Shown: positions 1 to 9,140 of the stretch, one piece after another
Layout of the letters: the number at the start of each line of letters is the position of its first letter
Numbering within the stretch: position 1 is the first letter of the stretch
From: Gammaproteobacteria bacterium
GTDB taxonomy: Bacteria > Pseudomonadota > Gammaproteobacteria > JABABF01
Direction of reading: 5' to 3'
Assembly (NCBI GenBank): GCA_965237805.1
Contig: OZ250153.1
Coordinates: 1,056,001-1,120,000 of the forward strand
Length of the DNA stretch: 64,000 nucleotides
The notes under the pieces: model-generated
Told to the model about the DNA's origin: nothing
The model's input: the letters and a program-made list of their open reading frames with translations, nothing else
Databases searched by the model: none
Program-made: the position numbers and the translations under genes

Positions 1-101
1 CGCAACAACTCGCCATCGCCGAGCAGGCCTGCACCGATGTGGATATCGTAGGCGCGCTCAGCCAACGCCACGGTCAGGCGATGGCGCTCCGAGCGACTCA
101 C
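1..101 (-). CDS. aroB: 3-dehydroquinate synthase, 5' end only (runs off window)
   Basis: GTG at 101-99 gives MSRSERHRLTVALAERAYDIHIGAGLL, a typical AroB N-terminus; directly follows aroK. Confidence 0.85.
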   Translation of the reverse strand, partial: MSRSERHRLTVALAERAYDIHIGAGLLGDGELL

Positions 102-105
102 GACA

Positions 106-624
106 TCAGCCCAGTTGATCCATGATGCACTGGGCGACGACGGCAGGAACACCGTCGCCATCCACCTCGTGGTCGGCAAGCTCTCGATACAGCGGATCGC
201 GCTCTGCCAACAGCCGCCTCAGCGTGTGACTGGGATCGTCATCGCGGAGCAGCGGGCGCGACGTGCTACCGCTGAGACGTGTCAATGCCTGTTCCAAGCT
301 GACGCGCAAGTAGACCACCTCAGCACAACGCTTCAACACGGCGCGGTTGCCCGCCGCCAACACGGCACCGCCACCAGTGGCCAACACGACGCCGCGCTGC
401 GCCGCCAGCGCAGCCAGCGCCTCAGCTTCGAGGCGACGGAAGTAGGGCTCGCCGCGACCTTCAAACAATTCCGCAATGCTACAACCGGCGCGGCGCTCGA
501 TTTCCGCATCACAATCCAAGAAAGGGCGCTGCAGGCTCTCGGCGAGACAACGACCGACGGTGCTCTTGCCCGCCCCCATCAAACCGATTAATGCGATATT
601 GTCGCGCCCACGCACCGCCATCAT
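106..624 (-). CDS. aroK: shikimate kinase
   Basis: LIGLMGAGKS Walker A, GEPYFR, ATGGG and RPLL motifs; pilQ-aroK-aroB synteny; start placed at MMAVRG. Confidence 0.95.
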   Translation of the reverse strand: MMAVRGRDNIALIGLMGAGKSTVGRCLAESLQRPFLDCDAEIERRAGCSIAELFEGRGEPYFRRLEAEALAALAAQRGVVLATGGGAVLAAGNRAVLKRCAEVVYLRVSLEQALTRLSGSTSRPLLRDDDPSHTLRRLLAERDPLYRELADHEVDGDGVPAVVAQCIMDQLG

Positions 625-705
625 GACTACCGCCGCAACACATCCCGCCACCCTAGTGCCAATTATCCCACAGCGGCAAGGCGGTGGCGACAACCCCACG
701 ATGAC

Positions 706-2193
706 TCATTCGCCGGGCAAAATATGTGGAGTGATGAACACCAAGGTCTCTGTTTTTAGGCTACTGCTGGTCTGACGGCGAAACAACCGTCCCAGCAATG
801 GCAGGCTGCCGAGCAACGGCACGCGCAACTCTGAGCGTAGCAGCTCCTCACGCAGTATGCCGCCCAACACCACCGTCTCGCCATTACGCGCCAGTACGCG
901 GGTGCGCAGCTCGGTAGTATCAATGCTCGGCAGAACCGCGCTACCACTATCCACCACACTACCGGGTGCATCTTGATTGACCACCAACTCTAAGAGGATG
1001 TGATCGTCTGCGGTGATGGCTGGCGTCACCTCCAAAGCTAATACTGCATCCTTGAAACGCACAGTAGTGCCGCCGTTTTCAGCTGACTCCTGAAAGGGAA
1101 TCTGGGTGCCCGAACGCACCGTCGCTGTATGCCGATCGCTGGTGACGATGCGCGGACGGGCGATGACTTCGCCCAAACCTTTGCTTTCCAGCGCCGCCAA
1201 AGCCAGCGAGAGCCACGCCGAATTGCCAGTCACACCGATGCTGAAGCCAGCCTGGCCACCACCGAAGTCCACAGCGAGGCCAGTGGCATCAGCGAGCGCC
1301 CCGCTATTGCGGTGGCTGCGCAATAGCGCTTGGGTGGAATCGTCATCCGCCCCAAGCGCGACCGAGGCGGAGCCCAGGCGATCTGCAGCCGCCAACCGCC
1401 AACGCACCCCGAGCTGGTTGACAGCATCGGCGCGCACCATGACGATGCGTGCCTCTATCGACACTTGACGCACCGGCACATCGGCCAGCGCCACCAATTC
1501 CCGCAGGCGATGCCGCTGAGCGGCATCGCCGCTTAAAAACAGTGTGTTGATGCGCATATCCACCGCCACATGCGCTCCCTCGACGGCCATCCGCAACAGC
1601 TCCGCCACATCGGCGGCGGCGGCAAAGTGTAGCGGCAATGCCGACACCTCCATAGCTGCTCGCGCCGCCGCTCGCCGCCACACGCGCAACAGCCGCCCAT
1701 CACGGCTCGCGCTGAGGCTGTGCTGCTCCAGCAACAGCTGCCATGCCTGCTGCCACGACACCCTCACCAAGCGCAGCGTTACCCGGCCATCGAGCTCTGG
1801 TGCCAACAGCAAGTTCAGCCCGCGCAGCTCGGCCAGCTGATACAGCAGCGGGCGCAGGGCAACATCGCGCAATTCGAGGTCCCAAGAACTCTCCTGAGCG
1901 GTCGGCGATGGCTCCAATGCCATACGGCGCAGGCTGCCGTCGGCAGCGGCGTGCAGGCTCCAGCGCCGCGCACCATCGCGCAGCAAGCCCACCGCCAAGC
2001 CATCCGCTGCCGCTGTGCTGAGCGCCGGTTGTAGCGCAAATGGGGAGGCCAGCTCGGCCAGCGGCGCAGGGGATGGTTTAGCTGACGTCCGCGCTGTGAG
2101 CACAGCGGGACAACACAGCACCAAACAAGCCCAAAGCGCACAACGTGGCCACAAAATATCGACCAGCTGTCGTCTCCGCAACGGATTCATCAC
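706..2193 (-). CDS. pilQ: type IV pilus/competence secretin (PilQ/HofQ-like), with a PilP-like N-terminal segment and no AMIN domains
   Basis: QVSIEARIV, LAALES.G.GE...PRI, GETVVLGG, VPLLGSLPLLGRLFR and ETLVFITPHI secretin motifs. Confidence 0.9.
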   Translation of the reverse strand: MMNPLRRRQLVDILWPRCALWACLVLCCPAVLTARTSAKPSPAPLAELASPFALQPALSTAAADGLAVGLLRDGARRWSLHAAADGSLRRMALEPSPTAQESSWDLELRDVALRPLLYQLAELRGLNLLLAPELDGRVTLRLVRVSWQQAWQLLLEQHSLSASRDGRLLRVWRRAAARAAMEVSALPLHFAAAADVAELLRMAVEGAHVAVDMRINTLFLSGDAAQRHRLRELVALADVPVRQVSIEARIVMVRADAVNQLGVRWRLAAADRLGSASVALGADDDSTQALLRSHRNSGALADATGLAVDFGGGQAGFSIGVTGNSAWLSLALAALESKGLGEVIARPRIVTSDRHTATVRSGTQIPFQESAENGGTTVRFKDAVLALEVTPAITADDHILLELVVNQDAPGSVVDSGSAVLPSIDTTELRTRVLARNGETVVLGGILREELLRSELRVPLLGSLPLLGRLFRRQTSSSLKTETLVFITPHILPGE

Positions 2194-2720
2194 TCAGCTG
2201 GCCCGTCACAGCAGATCGCCAGCTCTGTCTCCAAGCGCAACGGTGCCGAGAGTTGCTCCGGAGACGCTGGCACCAAGCGGATCCAGCGCGGTTTCACCGG
2301 CCACGGCAAGCTGCCCAGACGGCGAAAGAAGCTGGCGATGCCGACATAGGATCCGTCAGCCGACAGCCGCAACACAACGGCGGTGCCGTCCTCCCGCGCC
2401 GTCGCCGGTGCCACAACTAAGCGATGCAGCCGCAGGCCACCCCGCTCGGCGGCGGTAGCGATCCCTGCCAACAGCTCGGCGGAATCCAGCGCTGGCAACG
2501 CCCGCAGCGCAGCAAGCGTCGGCCAGCTAGGCGGCGCGGCCAGCTCGCGTGCGAGCTGCTCGGCCTCGACTCGCTCGCGCAACAGTGCACGCTGCACCGG
2601 CCATGCCAACACAACACAGCCAAGGCTAAGCGAGCACAGAAAAACCGCGGCTAACAGCCAGCGCGGGTGCCGCTGCCAAGCGGCGGCGGGACGCGGCCAG
2701 CTAGCGACGAGAACCGTCAC
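2190..2720 (-). CDS. pilO: PilO-like type IV pilus assembly protein
   Basis: N-terminal TM helix; LRLSADGSYVGIASFFRRLGSLP resembles the PilO G-x-Y...F...L..LP motif; lies between pilN-like and pilQ. Confidence 0.65.
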   Translation of the reverse strand: MTVLVASWPRPAAAWQRHPRWLLAAVFLCSLSLGCVVLAWPVQRALLRERVEAEQLARELAAPPSWPTLAALRALPALDSAELLAGIATAAERGGLRLHRLVVAPATAREDGTAVVLRLSADGSYVGIASFFRRLGSLPWPVKPRWIRLVPASPEQLSAPLRLETELAICCDGPAE

Positions 2721-4096
2721 GGCGATGGCACCGCCAAGCCACCGGTATCCAGCGACAGCGAAGCCTCCAATACAAAGTGTTGCGCCGGGGGGCCGGACGC
2801 CAGCGCCTGCAACTGCCGCAGCTCGACACGCCGAAACAATGCTTGTGCCTCGATACCCTCCATCAGCTGCGAGACGGCGGCCAGATGCCTAGCCCTGCCC
2901 TCCAGCCGCAACACCTCGCCCTGCAGCTCGACACGCTCGTAGCGCGCAGCCGCCGGACGCACTACGGAAAGCGGTACCCACAGCTCCTCCGCTATTCGCT
3001 GGGCGCGACGCCAACGGGCGCGGCGCTCGACCTCAGAGGCGCGTCTAAGCGCAGTGCGCTGATGTCGAAGACGGACTTTGTCAGCGCGTTGTCGCACCGT
3101 GCCGAGCTGATGGCGATGTGCCGCATTTTGCGCTAGCTGTAGCGTGCCGCCGCGTTGCAAAGCACCGCGTACGGCCAGCGCCGCGCCTTGGCCGAGCAAC
3201 AACAGCACCATCGCTACGGCGAGCCAGCGGCTGCCAGCTCGGCGGCGGCGGCGAGCCCGCCACGGCAGCAGATTATGGCCACCACCAGCGGCGAGGCCGA
3301 TCGCAACGCGCCACGACTGAGACAGCTCGCCAACCATGCCATCCCCGATCCCCGACACGCGCAAGCCTCCCGCCAATAACTGTGCCCCGCGCCGTTCGGC
3401 CGCAGCGGCTGGCATCAAGCGCTCAAGTCGCAGCCCGACAGCCCGCGCCAGCTCGATCGCAGCTCGGCACTCCGCACGATGACACGCGACCAACTCCAGC
3501 GAGCGCTCGGCAACCCCCGCCACAGCGCCGGGCACCGCCATAGTCGGGGCGGCGAGGCCCCCGCCTCGCCATTCAGCCACCCCGATCGCGTGCTCCGTGA
3601 CACAGCCGCCAGCTGCGGCCTCAGCCACAGGCCGCAAAACCCCGGCACCAAACGTTGCCAGCGACTCCCCACGAACCACGACACCGCCGTCCGCCGCGGG
3701 CTCGGCAGCTGCCGACAGCACATAGTCCAGTGCCAATTCGGAGGGTGGCAATGGCACCATGCATTCAGCCTCGGCCAGCAGCGCCAATGCCAACTCTCCC
3801 TCTGTCATCGCCTCGCTGACAGCGAGCTGACGCCGGACCACCACCGCTTCTGGCAGCGCCATCGCGACCCGGCACGGCGCTGTGGACAGCTGCCGCAAGG
3901 CGCTGGACAATGCCCCCGCAAGCGACTCTGCCGAGCCCCACTCCCAAGCAATCGCTTCACAGACGGCTGGTTGTGTCCCGCCGCGCTGCAACGCCAGCGC
4001 GGCCAAGCACAGCTGCCGCCCGGCAGTATCCACCACCACCCCCAACTCCGGCACCGAAGCACGCCGCCACCGAAGTCGCCCCGGCCATTGCCACAC
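2717..4096 (-). CDS. PilM-PilN fusion protein (PilM internally shortened)
   Basis: GTG at 4096 preceded by AGGGAG; PilM-like VAMALPEAVVVRR..VPLPPSELALDY..AVGL and IGLA, then PilN-like HNLLPWR, TM helix and LRLEGRA..VSQLMEGIE in one frame. Confidence 0.7.
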   Translation of the reverse strand: MWQWPGRLRWRRASVPELGVVVDTAGRQLCLAALALQRGGTQPAVCEAIAWEWGSAESLAGALSSALRQLSTAPCRVAMALPEAVVVRRQLAVSEAMTEGELALALLAEAECMVPLPPSELALDYVLSAAAEPAADGGVVVRGESLATFGAGVLRPVAEAAAGGCVTEHAIGVAEWRGGGLAAPTMAVPGAVAGVAERSLELVACHRAECRAAIELARAVGLRLERLMPAAAAERRGAQLLAGGLRVSGIGDGMVGELSQSWRVAIGLAAGGGHNLLPWRARRRRRAGSRWLAVAMVLLLLGQGAALAVRGALQRGGTLQLAQNAAHRHQLGTVRQRADKVRLRHQRTALRRASEVERRARWRRAQRIAEELWVPLSVVRPAAARYERVELQGEVLRLEGRARHLAAVSQLMEGIEAQALFRRVELRQLQALASGPPAQHFVLEASLSLDTGGLAVPSP

Positions 4097-4170
4097 AGCG
4101 AGCTCCCTGTTGTTACTCTGCCCTCTATAATCTAGCGAAGAATCCTCCCTTCCCAGCCCATCAAATAGGG

Positions 4171-6687
4171 ATGCCATCCTCTCCTTTTGACAGCGCGGCC
4201 TCGCGCCCGCGGGGATTCCACCTATACGCGCTGATCGTTCACACGAGTTTCGCCAGTCTCTGCGGCGGCATGTTGATGCTGGCCGGCGCATGGCTGTACC
4301 TGAGCCCGCAGCTACCTGAGGTATCAGCGCTACGCGACATCGAATTGCAGATACCGATGCGAATCTATTCAAAAGATGGCCTGCTGATCGGCGAGTTCGG
4401 TGAGAAGCGCCGTATTCCAGTGGCCTATGGTGATCTGCCGCAGCAGTTGATCGATGCTTTCCTGACCGCCGAAGACGACCGCTTCCTGAGCCATCCCGGC
4501 ATCGATATCACCAGCTTGGCGCGGGCCATGCTGCAATACCTGAGCAGCGGCGATTTCAAAAGCGGCGGCAGTACTATCACGATGCAAGTCGCCCGCAACT
4601 ATTTCCTTAGCCGCGAACGCACCATCGCCCGCAAACTCAATGAAATCCTGCTGGCGCTACAGATTGAACGCGAACTACAAAAAACTGAGATCTTGGCACT
4701 GTACATCAACAAAATCTACCTCGGCCACCGCGCCTACGGAGCGGCAGCCGCCGCCCAAGTGTATTACGGCAAAAATCTAAAACAGCTCAGCTTGGCCGAG
4801 TGCGCCATGATCGCCGGCCTGCCCAAAGCACCGTCGGCCATCAACCCGCTGAGCAACCCTGAGCAGGCACTGGTGCGGCGCAACTGGATCCTCGACCGCA
4901 TGTTCGCTTTGGGCTACGCCGACGAAGCGGCTTGGCGCGAGGCCAGAGTGGCTCCGGTGACCGCCTACCGCCACGGGGCCCCCATCGAATTGAACGCCCG
5001 CTATGCGGCCGAGATGGCACGCCGAGAGGTGATCCGCGACTTTGGCCTCTCCGCCTACACGCGCGGGCTACGCGTCTTCACCTCCGTCGATAGCCACCTC
5101 CAGCGTGCGGCGCAACAGGCGACGATCACCGGCTTGCAAAACTACGACCGGCGCCATGGCTATCGCGGCGCGACGCCGCTGCTCGCCCGGCCAGCCACAG
5201 CGGATACCCCAGGCGAGCCAGTGCGCCCAGATGACAAGATAGTGACGCTGCTGGATGCTTTGGCGCAACATCGTCCGGTGGCAATATGGCAACCGGCCAT
5301 GGTGCTCGAATCCACCGAGCGGCGGCTGGTCACGCTATTGCGGAACGGCGGCCGAGCGACGCTAAACTGGGAGCAGGGCTTGTCCAAAGCGGCACCATAT
5401 ATCAATGAGAACCGCACTGGCCGGGCTCCGAAACAGGCAAGCGATGTGGCATTGCCCGGCGATTTGGTATGGCTGTGGCGAGAGGAGCTCGACGGGGCAG
5501 ACACAACAACAAACAACGGTTGGCGACTGGGGCAGCTGCCCGATATACAAGGCGCCCTAATCTCTATGGATACTGGTGACGGAGCCATCCGCGCCATGGT
5601 GGGCGGTCTCGACTTCAGGCGCAGCAACTTCAACCATGCCACCCAAGGGGAGCGTCAGCCGGGCTCTGGCTTCAAGCCCTTCATCTATGCCGCAGCACTG
5701 GACAGCGGGCTGAGCGCCGCCAGCATCTTCAACGACGCTCCGGTGGTCTTCGAAGATAAATTCCTAGAGGACTTCTGGCGCCCCTCCAATGCCAGCGGCC
5801 GCTTCAGCGGCCCGACGCGACTGCGGGTGGCGCTGCGCCACTCCCGCAATTTGGTGTCGGTGCGCTTGCTACGCCATGTCGGTATCGGCAAGACGGTGGA
5901 TTACCTCGCGCGCTTCGGCTTCGACACAAAGGCGATACCGCGCGACCTGTCCTTGGCGCTCGGTAGCTATGCCGTGACGCCACTGAAGCTCTGCACTGCC
6001 TACGCCAGCTTGGCCAATGGTGGCTATCGGGTCGCACCCTATCTAGTCGAACGCATCGATACGGATGACAAGCGCACGATCTTCCAAGCAGCGCCGAATG
6101 TGGTGCCCGACAGAGTCACCGCCTCGACCGCCGGGGTCACGACTGGCGCGCTGGCACCGCGCATCCTCGACAAGCGTGTCTCCTACATCTTGGATCACAT
6201 GATGCAGGATGTGATCCAGCGCGGCACCGGACGGCGCGCCCGGGTGCTGAGCCGCAGCGACTTGGCGGGGAAAACGGGTACAACCAACGGCCCGCGCGAC
6301 GCTTGGTTCTCCGGCTACCACCCACAGCTGGCGACCATCGTCTGGGTCGGCTTCGACCAAAACCGGCTGCTCGGTGCCCGCGAACAAGGCGCGGCCACTG
6401 CCCTGCCGATATGGATCGATTATATGCGTGAAGCGCTGGCCGGAGTGCCGATCAAGACGCGCGAGACACCAGACGGTGTGGTGGTGGCGCGCATCGACCA
6501 GACAACCGGTAAACCGGTGGCTCCGGGTCAAGCGGGCGGCATATTCGAAGTGTTCCGCAGGGAAAACACCCCGCTGCCAGCGACGGCTGCCAGCGACCGC
6601 GTCGAGGCAAACAGTCCACCCGCAGAGCAACAGCGTGATGCCGCCCAAACTCGGGAAAACGAGCGCCTGCTAGAAGATCTGTTCTGA
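4171..6687 (+). CDS. mrcA: penicillin-binding protein 1A
   Basis: Transglycosylase motifs EDDRF and GGSTITMQ; transpeptidase SGFK, SRN, KTG; divergent from pilM as usual; start ATG 4171. Confidence 0.96.
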   Translation: MPSSPFDSAASRPRGFHLYALIVHTSFASLCGGMLMLAGAWLYLSPQLPEVSALRDIELQIPMRIYSKDGLLIGEFGEKRRIPVAYGDLPQQLIDAFLTAEDDRFLSHPGIDITSLARAMLQYLSSGDFKSGGSTITMQVARNYFLSRERTIARKLNEILLALQIERELQKTEILALYINKIYLGHRAYGAAAAAQVYYGKNLKQLSLAECAMIAGLPKAPSAINPLSNPEQALVRRNWILDRMFALGYADEAAWREARVAPVTAYRHGAPIELNARYAAEMARREVIRDFGLSAYTRGLRVFTSVDSHLQRAAQQATITGLQNYDRRHGYRGATPLLARPATADTPGEPVRPDDKIVTLLDALAQHRPVAIWQPAMVLESTERRLVTLLRNGGRATLNWEQGLSKAAPYINENRTGRAPKQASDVALPGDLVWLWREELDGADTTTNNGWRLGQLPDIQGALISMDTGDGAIRAMVGGLDFRRSNFNHATQGERQPGSGFKPFIYAAALDSGLSAASIFNDAPVVFEDKFLEDFWRPSNASGRFSGPTRLRVALRHSRNLVSVRLLRHVGIGKTVDYLARFGFDTKAIPRDLSLALGSYAVTPLKLCTAYASLANGGYRVAPYLVERIDTDDKRTIFQAAPNVVPDRVTASTAGVTTGALAPRILDKRVSYILDHMMQDVIQRGTGRRARVLSRSDLAGKTGTTNGPRDAWFSGYHPQLATIVWVGFDQNRLLGAREQGAATALPIWIDYMREALAGVPIKTRETPDGVVVARIDQTTGKPVAPGQAGGIFEVFRRENTPLPATAASDRVEANSPPAEQQRDAAQTRENERLLEDLF

Positions 6688-6724
6688 GGGACGCGCACCG
6701 ACCCGGTCACTCAGACGCAAGCGC

Positions 6725-7885
6725 TCAGTCGATGTTGCCAGCATGCGGCATGCGCAGATAGCCGCCGGGAGTGCGGCGCACCAAGCCTTGCAATTCCAGC
6801 TCAGCCAAGGCTGCCGAGACCGCCGCTGGCGCGAGACGGCTACGGGCAATCGCCAGATCTACCGGCGTCGGCTCAAAGCCCACCGCTTCGAGCAGCACCC
6901 GCAAGCCCGCATCCAGTGGCGGTGCGGCGGCAACGCGGCTGGCATCGACCGCCGTGGCAGCATCCCCCGCTGCGGGTAGCGGACGAAACTGGGCCGTCAA
7001 CTCCGCCAGCGCATCCTCGGCGCACTCGACCAGCGCCGCTCCCTCGCGAATCAGGGCATTGGCCCCACGTGCCATCGGATTGTGCGGCGAGCCCGGCACC
7101 GCCATCACCTCGCGCCCTTGCTCGCGGGCGCAACGCGCCGTGATCAGCGAACCGCTGCGCTCTGCGGCTTCGATCACCAGCACCCCCAGCGACAGGCCGC
7201 TGATGACCCGGTTGCGACGAGGAAAATTGCCGCGCAGCGGCGGGCATCCCGGCGGAAACTCCGAGACCACCGCACCGCTGGCGGCAACTTCCGCAGCCAG
7301 TTGGCGGTGTTCTGGTGGATAGATGCAATCCAAACCAGCACCGAGTACCGCAACGCTACGCCCCCCCGCCACCAGCGCGGCGCGATGGGCAACGCTGTCG
7401 ATGCCACGCGCCAAGCCACTGGTGACGACCAGCCCGCGAGCGGCCAAGGCCGCTGCCAGCGAGCGCGCTGAGTCGGCACCCCCCGGCGTCGGCTGGCGGC
7501 TGCCAACCAAGGCCAGCTGTGGTGCCGACAAGGCGGACAGGTCACCGCGCACGAAGAGCAACGGTGGCGGCACAGACAATTCGCGCAAGGGCGGTGGATA
7601 AGTGCTATCGTCCAGCGCCAACAACGAGACCCCCTCCCGCTCCAACCATGCGGCATCGGCATCGCGCTGCCGCCACAGGGCATCCCGACGCGCGCCGCCA
7701 TCGCGCCATACGGCGAGGCTCTCGCAGAGATCCTCCCCGGCTCCGGCGCAGAGCAGCTGGGCTCGGGGGGCCTCCAGCATGGCCTCGGGGGTGCCGCAAA
7801 GCGCCGACAAACGGCACAGCACAGCGGGCGAGGCACCGGGCAGGCGCAACAGGAGCAACCAGGCGAGGACGCGGGCATCAGCCAT
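6725..7885 (-). CDS. dprA: DNA-processing protein DprA
   Basis: ALVGSRQPT, VTSGLARGID, FPRRNRVISGLS, SGSLITA, AVPG motifs; C-terminal winged helix (LELQGLV). Confidence 0.96.
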   Translation of the reverse strand: MADARVLAWLLLLRLPGASPAVLCRLSALCGTPEAMLEAPRAQLLCAGAGEDLCESLAVWRDGGARRDALWRQRDADAAWLEREGVSLLALDDSTYPPPLRELSVPPPLLFVRGDLSALSAPQLALVGSRQPTPGGADSARSLAAALAARGLVVTSGLARGIDSVAHRAALVAGGRSVAVLGAGLDCIYPPEHRQLAAEVAASGAVVSEFPPGCPPLRGNFPRRNRVISGLSLGVLVIEAAERSGSLITARCAREQGREVMAVPGSPHNPMARGANALIREGAALVECAEDALAELTAQFRPLPAAGDAATAVDASRVAAAPPLDAGLRVLLEAVGFEPTPVDLAIARSRLAPAAVSAALAELELQGLVRRTPGGYLRMPHAGNID

Positions 7886-8075
7886 GGGTGCAGGACGGTC
7901 ATGTGGCGGTGGCGGCAAGTGGATTGTCGAGGATGCGACAGGCTATTGAACACATCAAATGGGGTGCTGCCCACAGTGCTTTGCCGCCGACGCGACAAGG
8001 CGCTGCGCCGAGCTGTGCATCACGAGAGTACTTGCCCCTACACTAGGGTCCCAATACCGTCGCTCTGTCACTCCA

Positions 8076-8479
8076 ATGCATCCTCACATCACCATGGTCA
8101 CACTCGGCGTGCGCGATTAGACCGCGCCGTCGCCCGCTACCGAAACAGCCTCAAACTGCCCCAAAAGCCCGGCACCGAAACAGGGATCGCCTTTTTTGCA
8201 ACCGACGGCTGCTTGTTGGGCCTTTATCCACGCGATCAGCTGGCCGCGGACATCACAGTCGCCGCAGCTGGCACCGGCTTCTCGGGCTTCGCCCTCGCTC
8301 ACAATGTGGCCTCTCCCAAAGCGGTGGATACCGTGTTGGACGAAGCCGTCTCGGCTGGTACCACTCTGGTCAAAGCAGGGCAAAAAGTGTTCTGGGGCGG
8401 CTATTTCGCCGATTTGGACGGCTTCTACTGGGAGGTGGCTTGGAGTCCGCACTGGCAGGATGCCCACCAAACGAGCTGA
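8076..8479 (+). pseudogene. VOC/glyoxalase-family protein, frameshifted
   Basis: MHPHITMVTLGVRD stops at TAG 8118-8120; the continuation LDRAVARY..FALAHNV..VFWGGYFADLDGFYWEVAW is in another frame (GATTAGAC lacks one T). Confidence 0.75.
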
Positions 8480-8600
8480 GCGCCAGCCACAGCCTTATAT
8501 AATAGTCAATGGTGTCAGATGAGCCAGCGACGATGCAGCGTGAGATAGCACATGCGGACATCAGCGAGCACCGCCTCCAGCTGCCACCGTACTTCACGCC

Positions 8601-9107
8601 ATGACCGTTCGCACCATCCTCTCTTTTCCAGATGCGCGGTTGCGACAACGGGCAGTGCCGGTCGAGCAAGTGGACGACGCAGTCCGCCAGCTGATCGACG
8701 ATCTGCTCGAATCGATGTACGCCAGTGGCGGCATCGGTCTCGCGGCCACTCAGGTCGATGTGCATCAACGAGTATTGGTGGCCGATATCTCAGAGCAGGG
8801 CTTGGAGCCGATGGCCTTCGTCAACCCCAAGTGGCAACCCGCCCCCGGTGCGGAAATGTGCTTGAACGAAGAGGGTTGTCTGTCGGTGCCAGAGGTGCGC
8901 GCAGAGGTGCAACGGTATAACCGCGTGCAGCTGCAGGCGCTGGATCGCGACGGCCAAGCCGTCGAACTGGAAGCCGAGGACTTGCTCGCCATCTGCCTAC
9001 AGCACGAGACAGATCACTTGGACGGCAAGCTATTCGTCGATTACCTATCCCCGGTCAAGCGGGCTATGATCCGCGACCGGCTACGCAAGCGGCACCGAGC
9101 CGCCTAG
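8601..9107 (+). CDS. def: peptide deformylase
   Basis: GIGLAATQV, EEGCLSV and QHETDHLDG motifs. Confidence 0.98.
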   Translation: MTVRTILSFPDARLRQRAVPVEQVDDAVRQLIDDLLESMYASGGIGLAATQVDVHQRVLVADISEQGLEPMAFVNPKWQPAPGAEMCLNEEGCLSVPEVRAEVQRYNRVQLQALDRDGQAVELEAEDLLAICLQHETDHLDGKLFVDYLSPVKRAMIRDRLRKRHRAA

Positions 9108-9140
9108 GCGACGCTTCACCCCGCTCCGCCAAGGGTCATC

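Noticed and set aside
3910-4372. Long N-terminal extensions and overlap of mrcA and pilM in the ORF track (also trkA, parB, atpA, atpD, glmU, glmS, dctP)
   Set aside because: Artefact of choosing the first possible start; homologous N-termini and RBS-like motifs lie downstream
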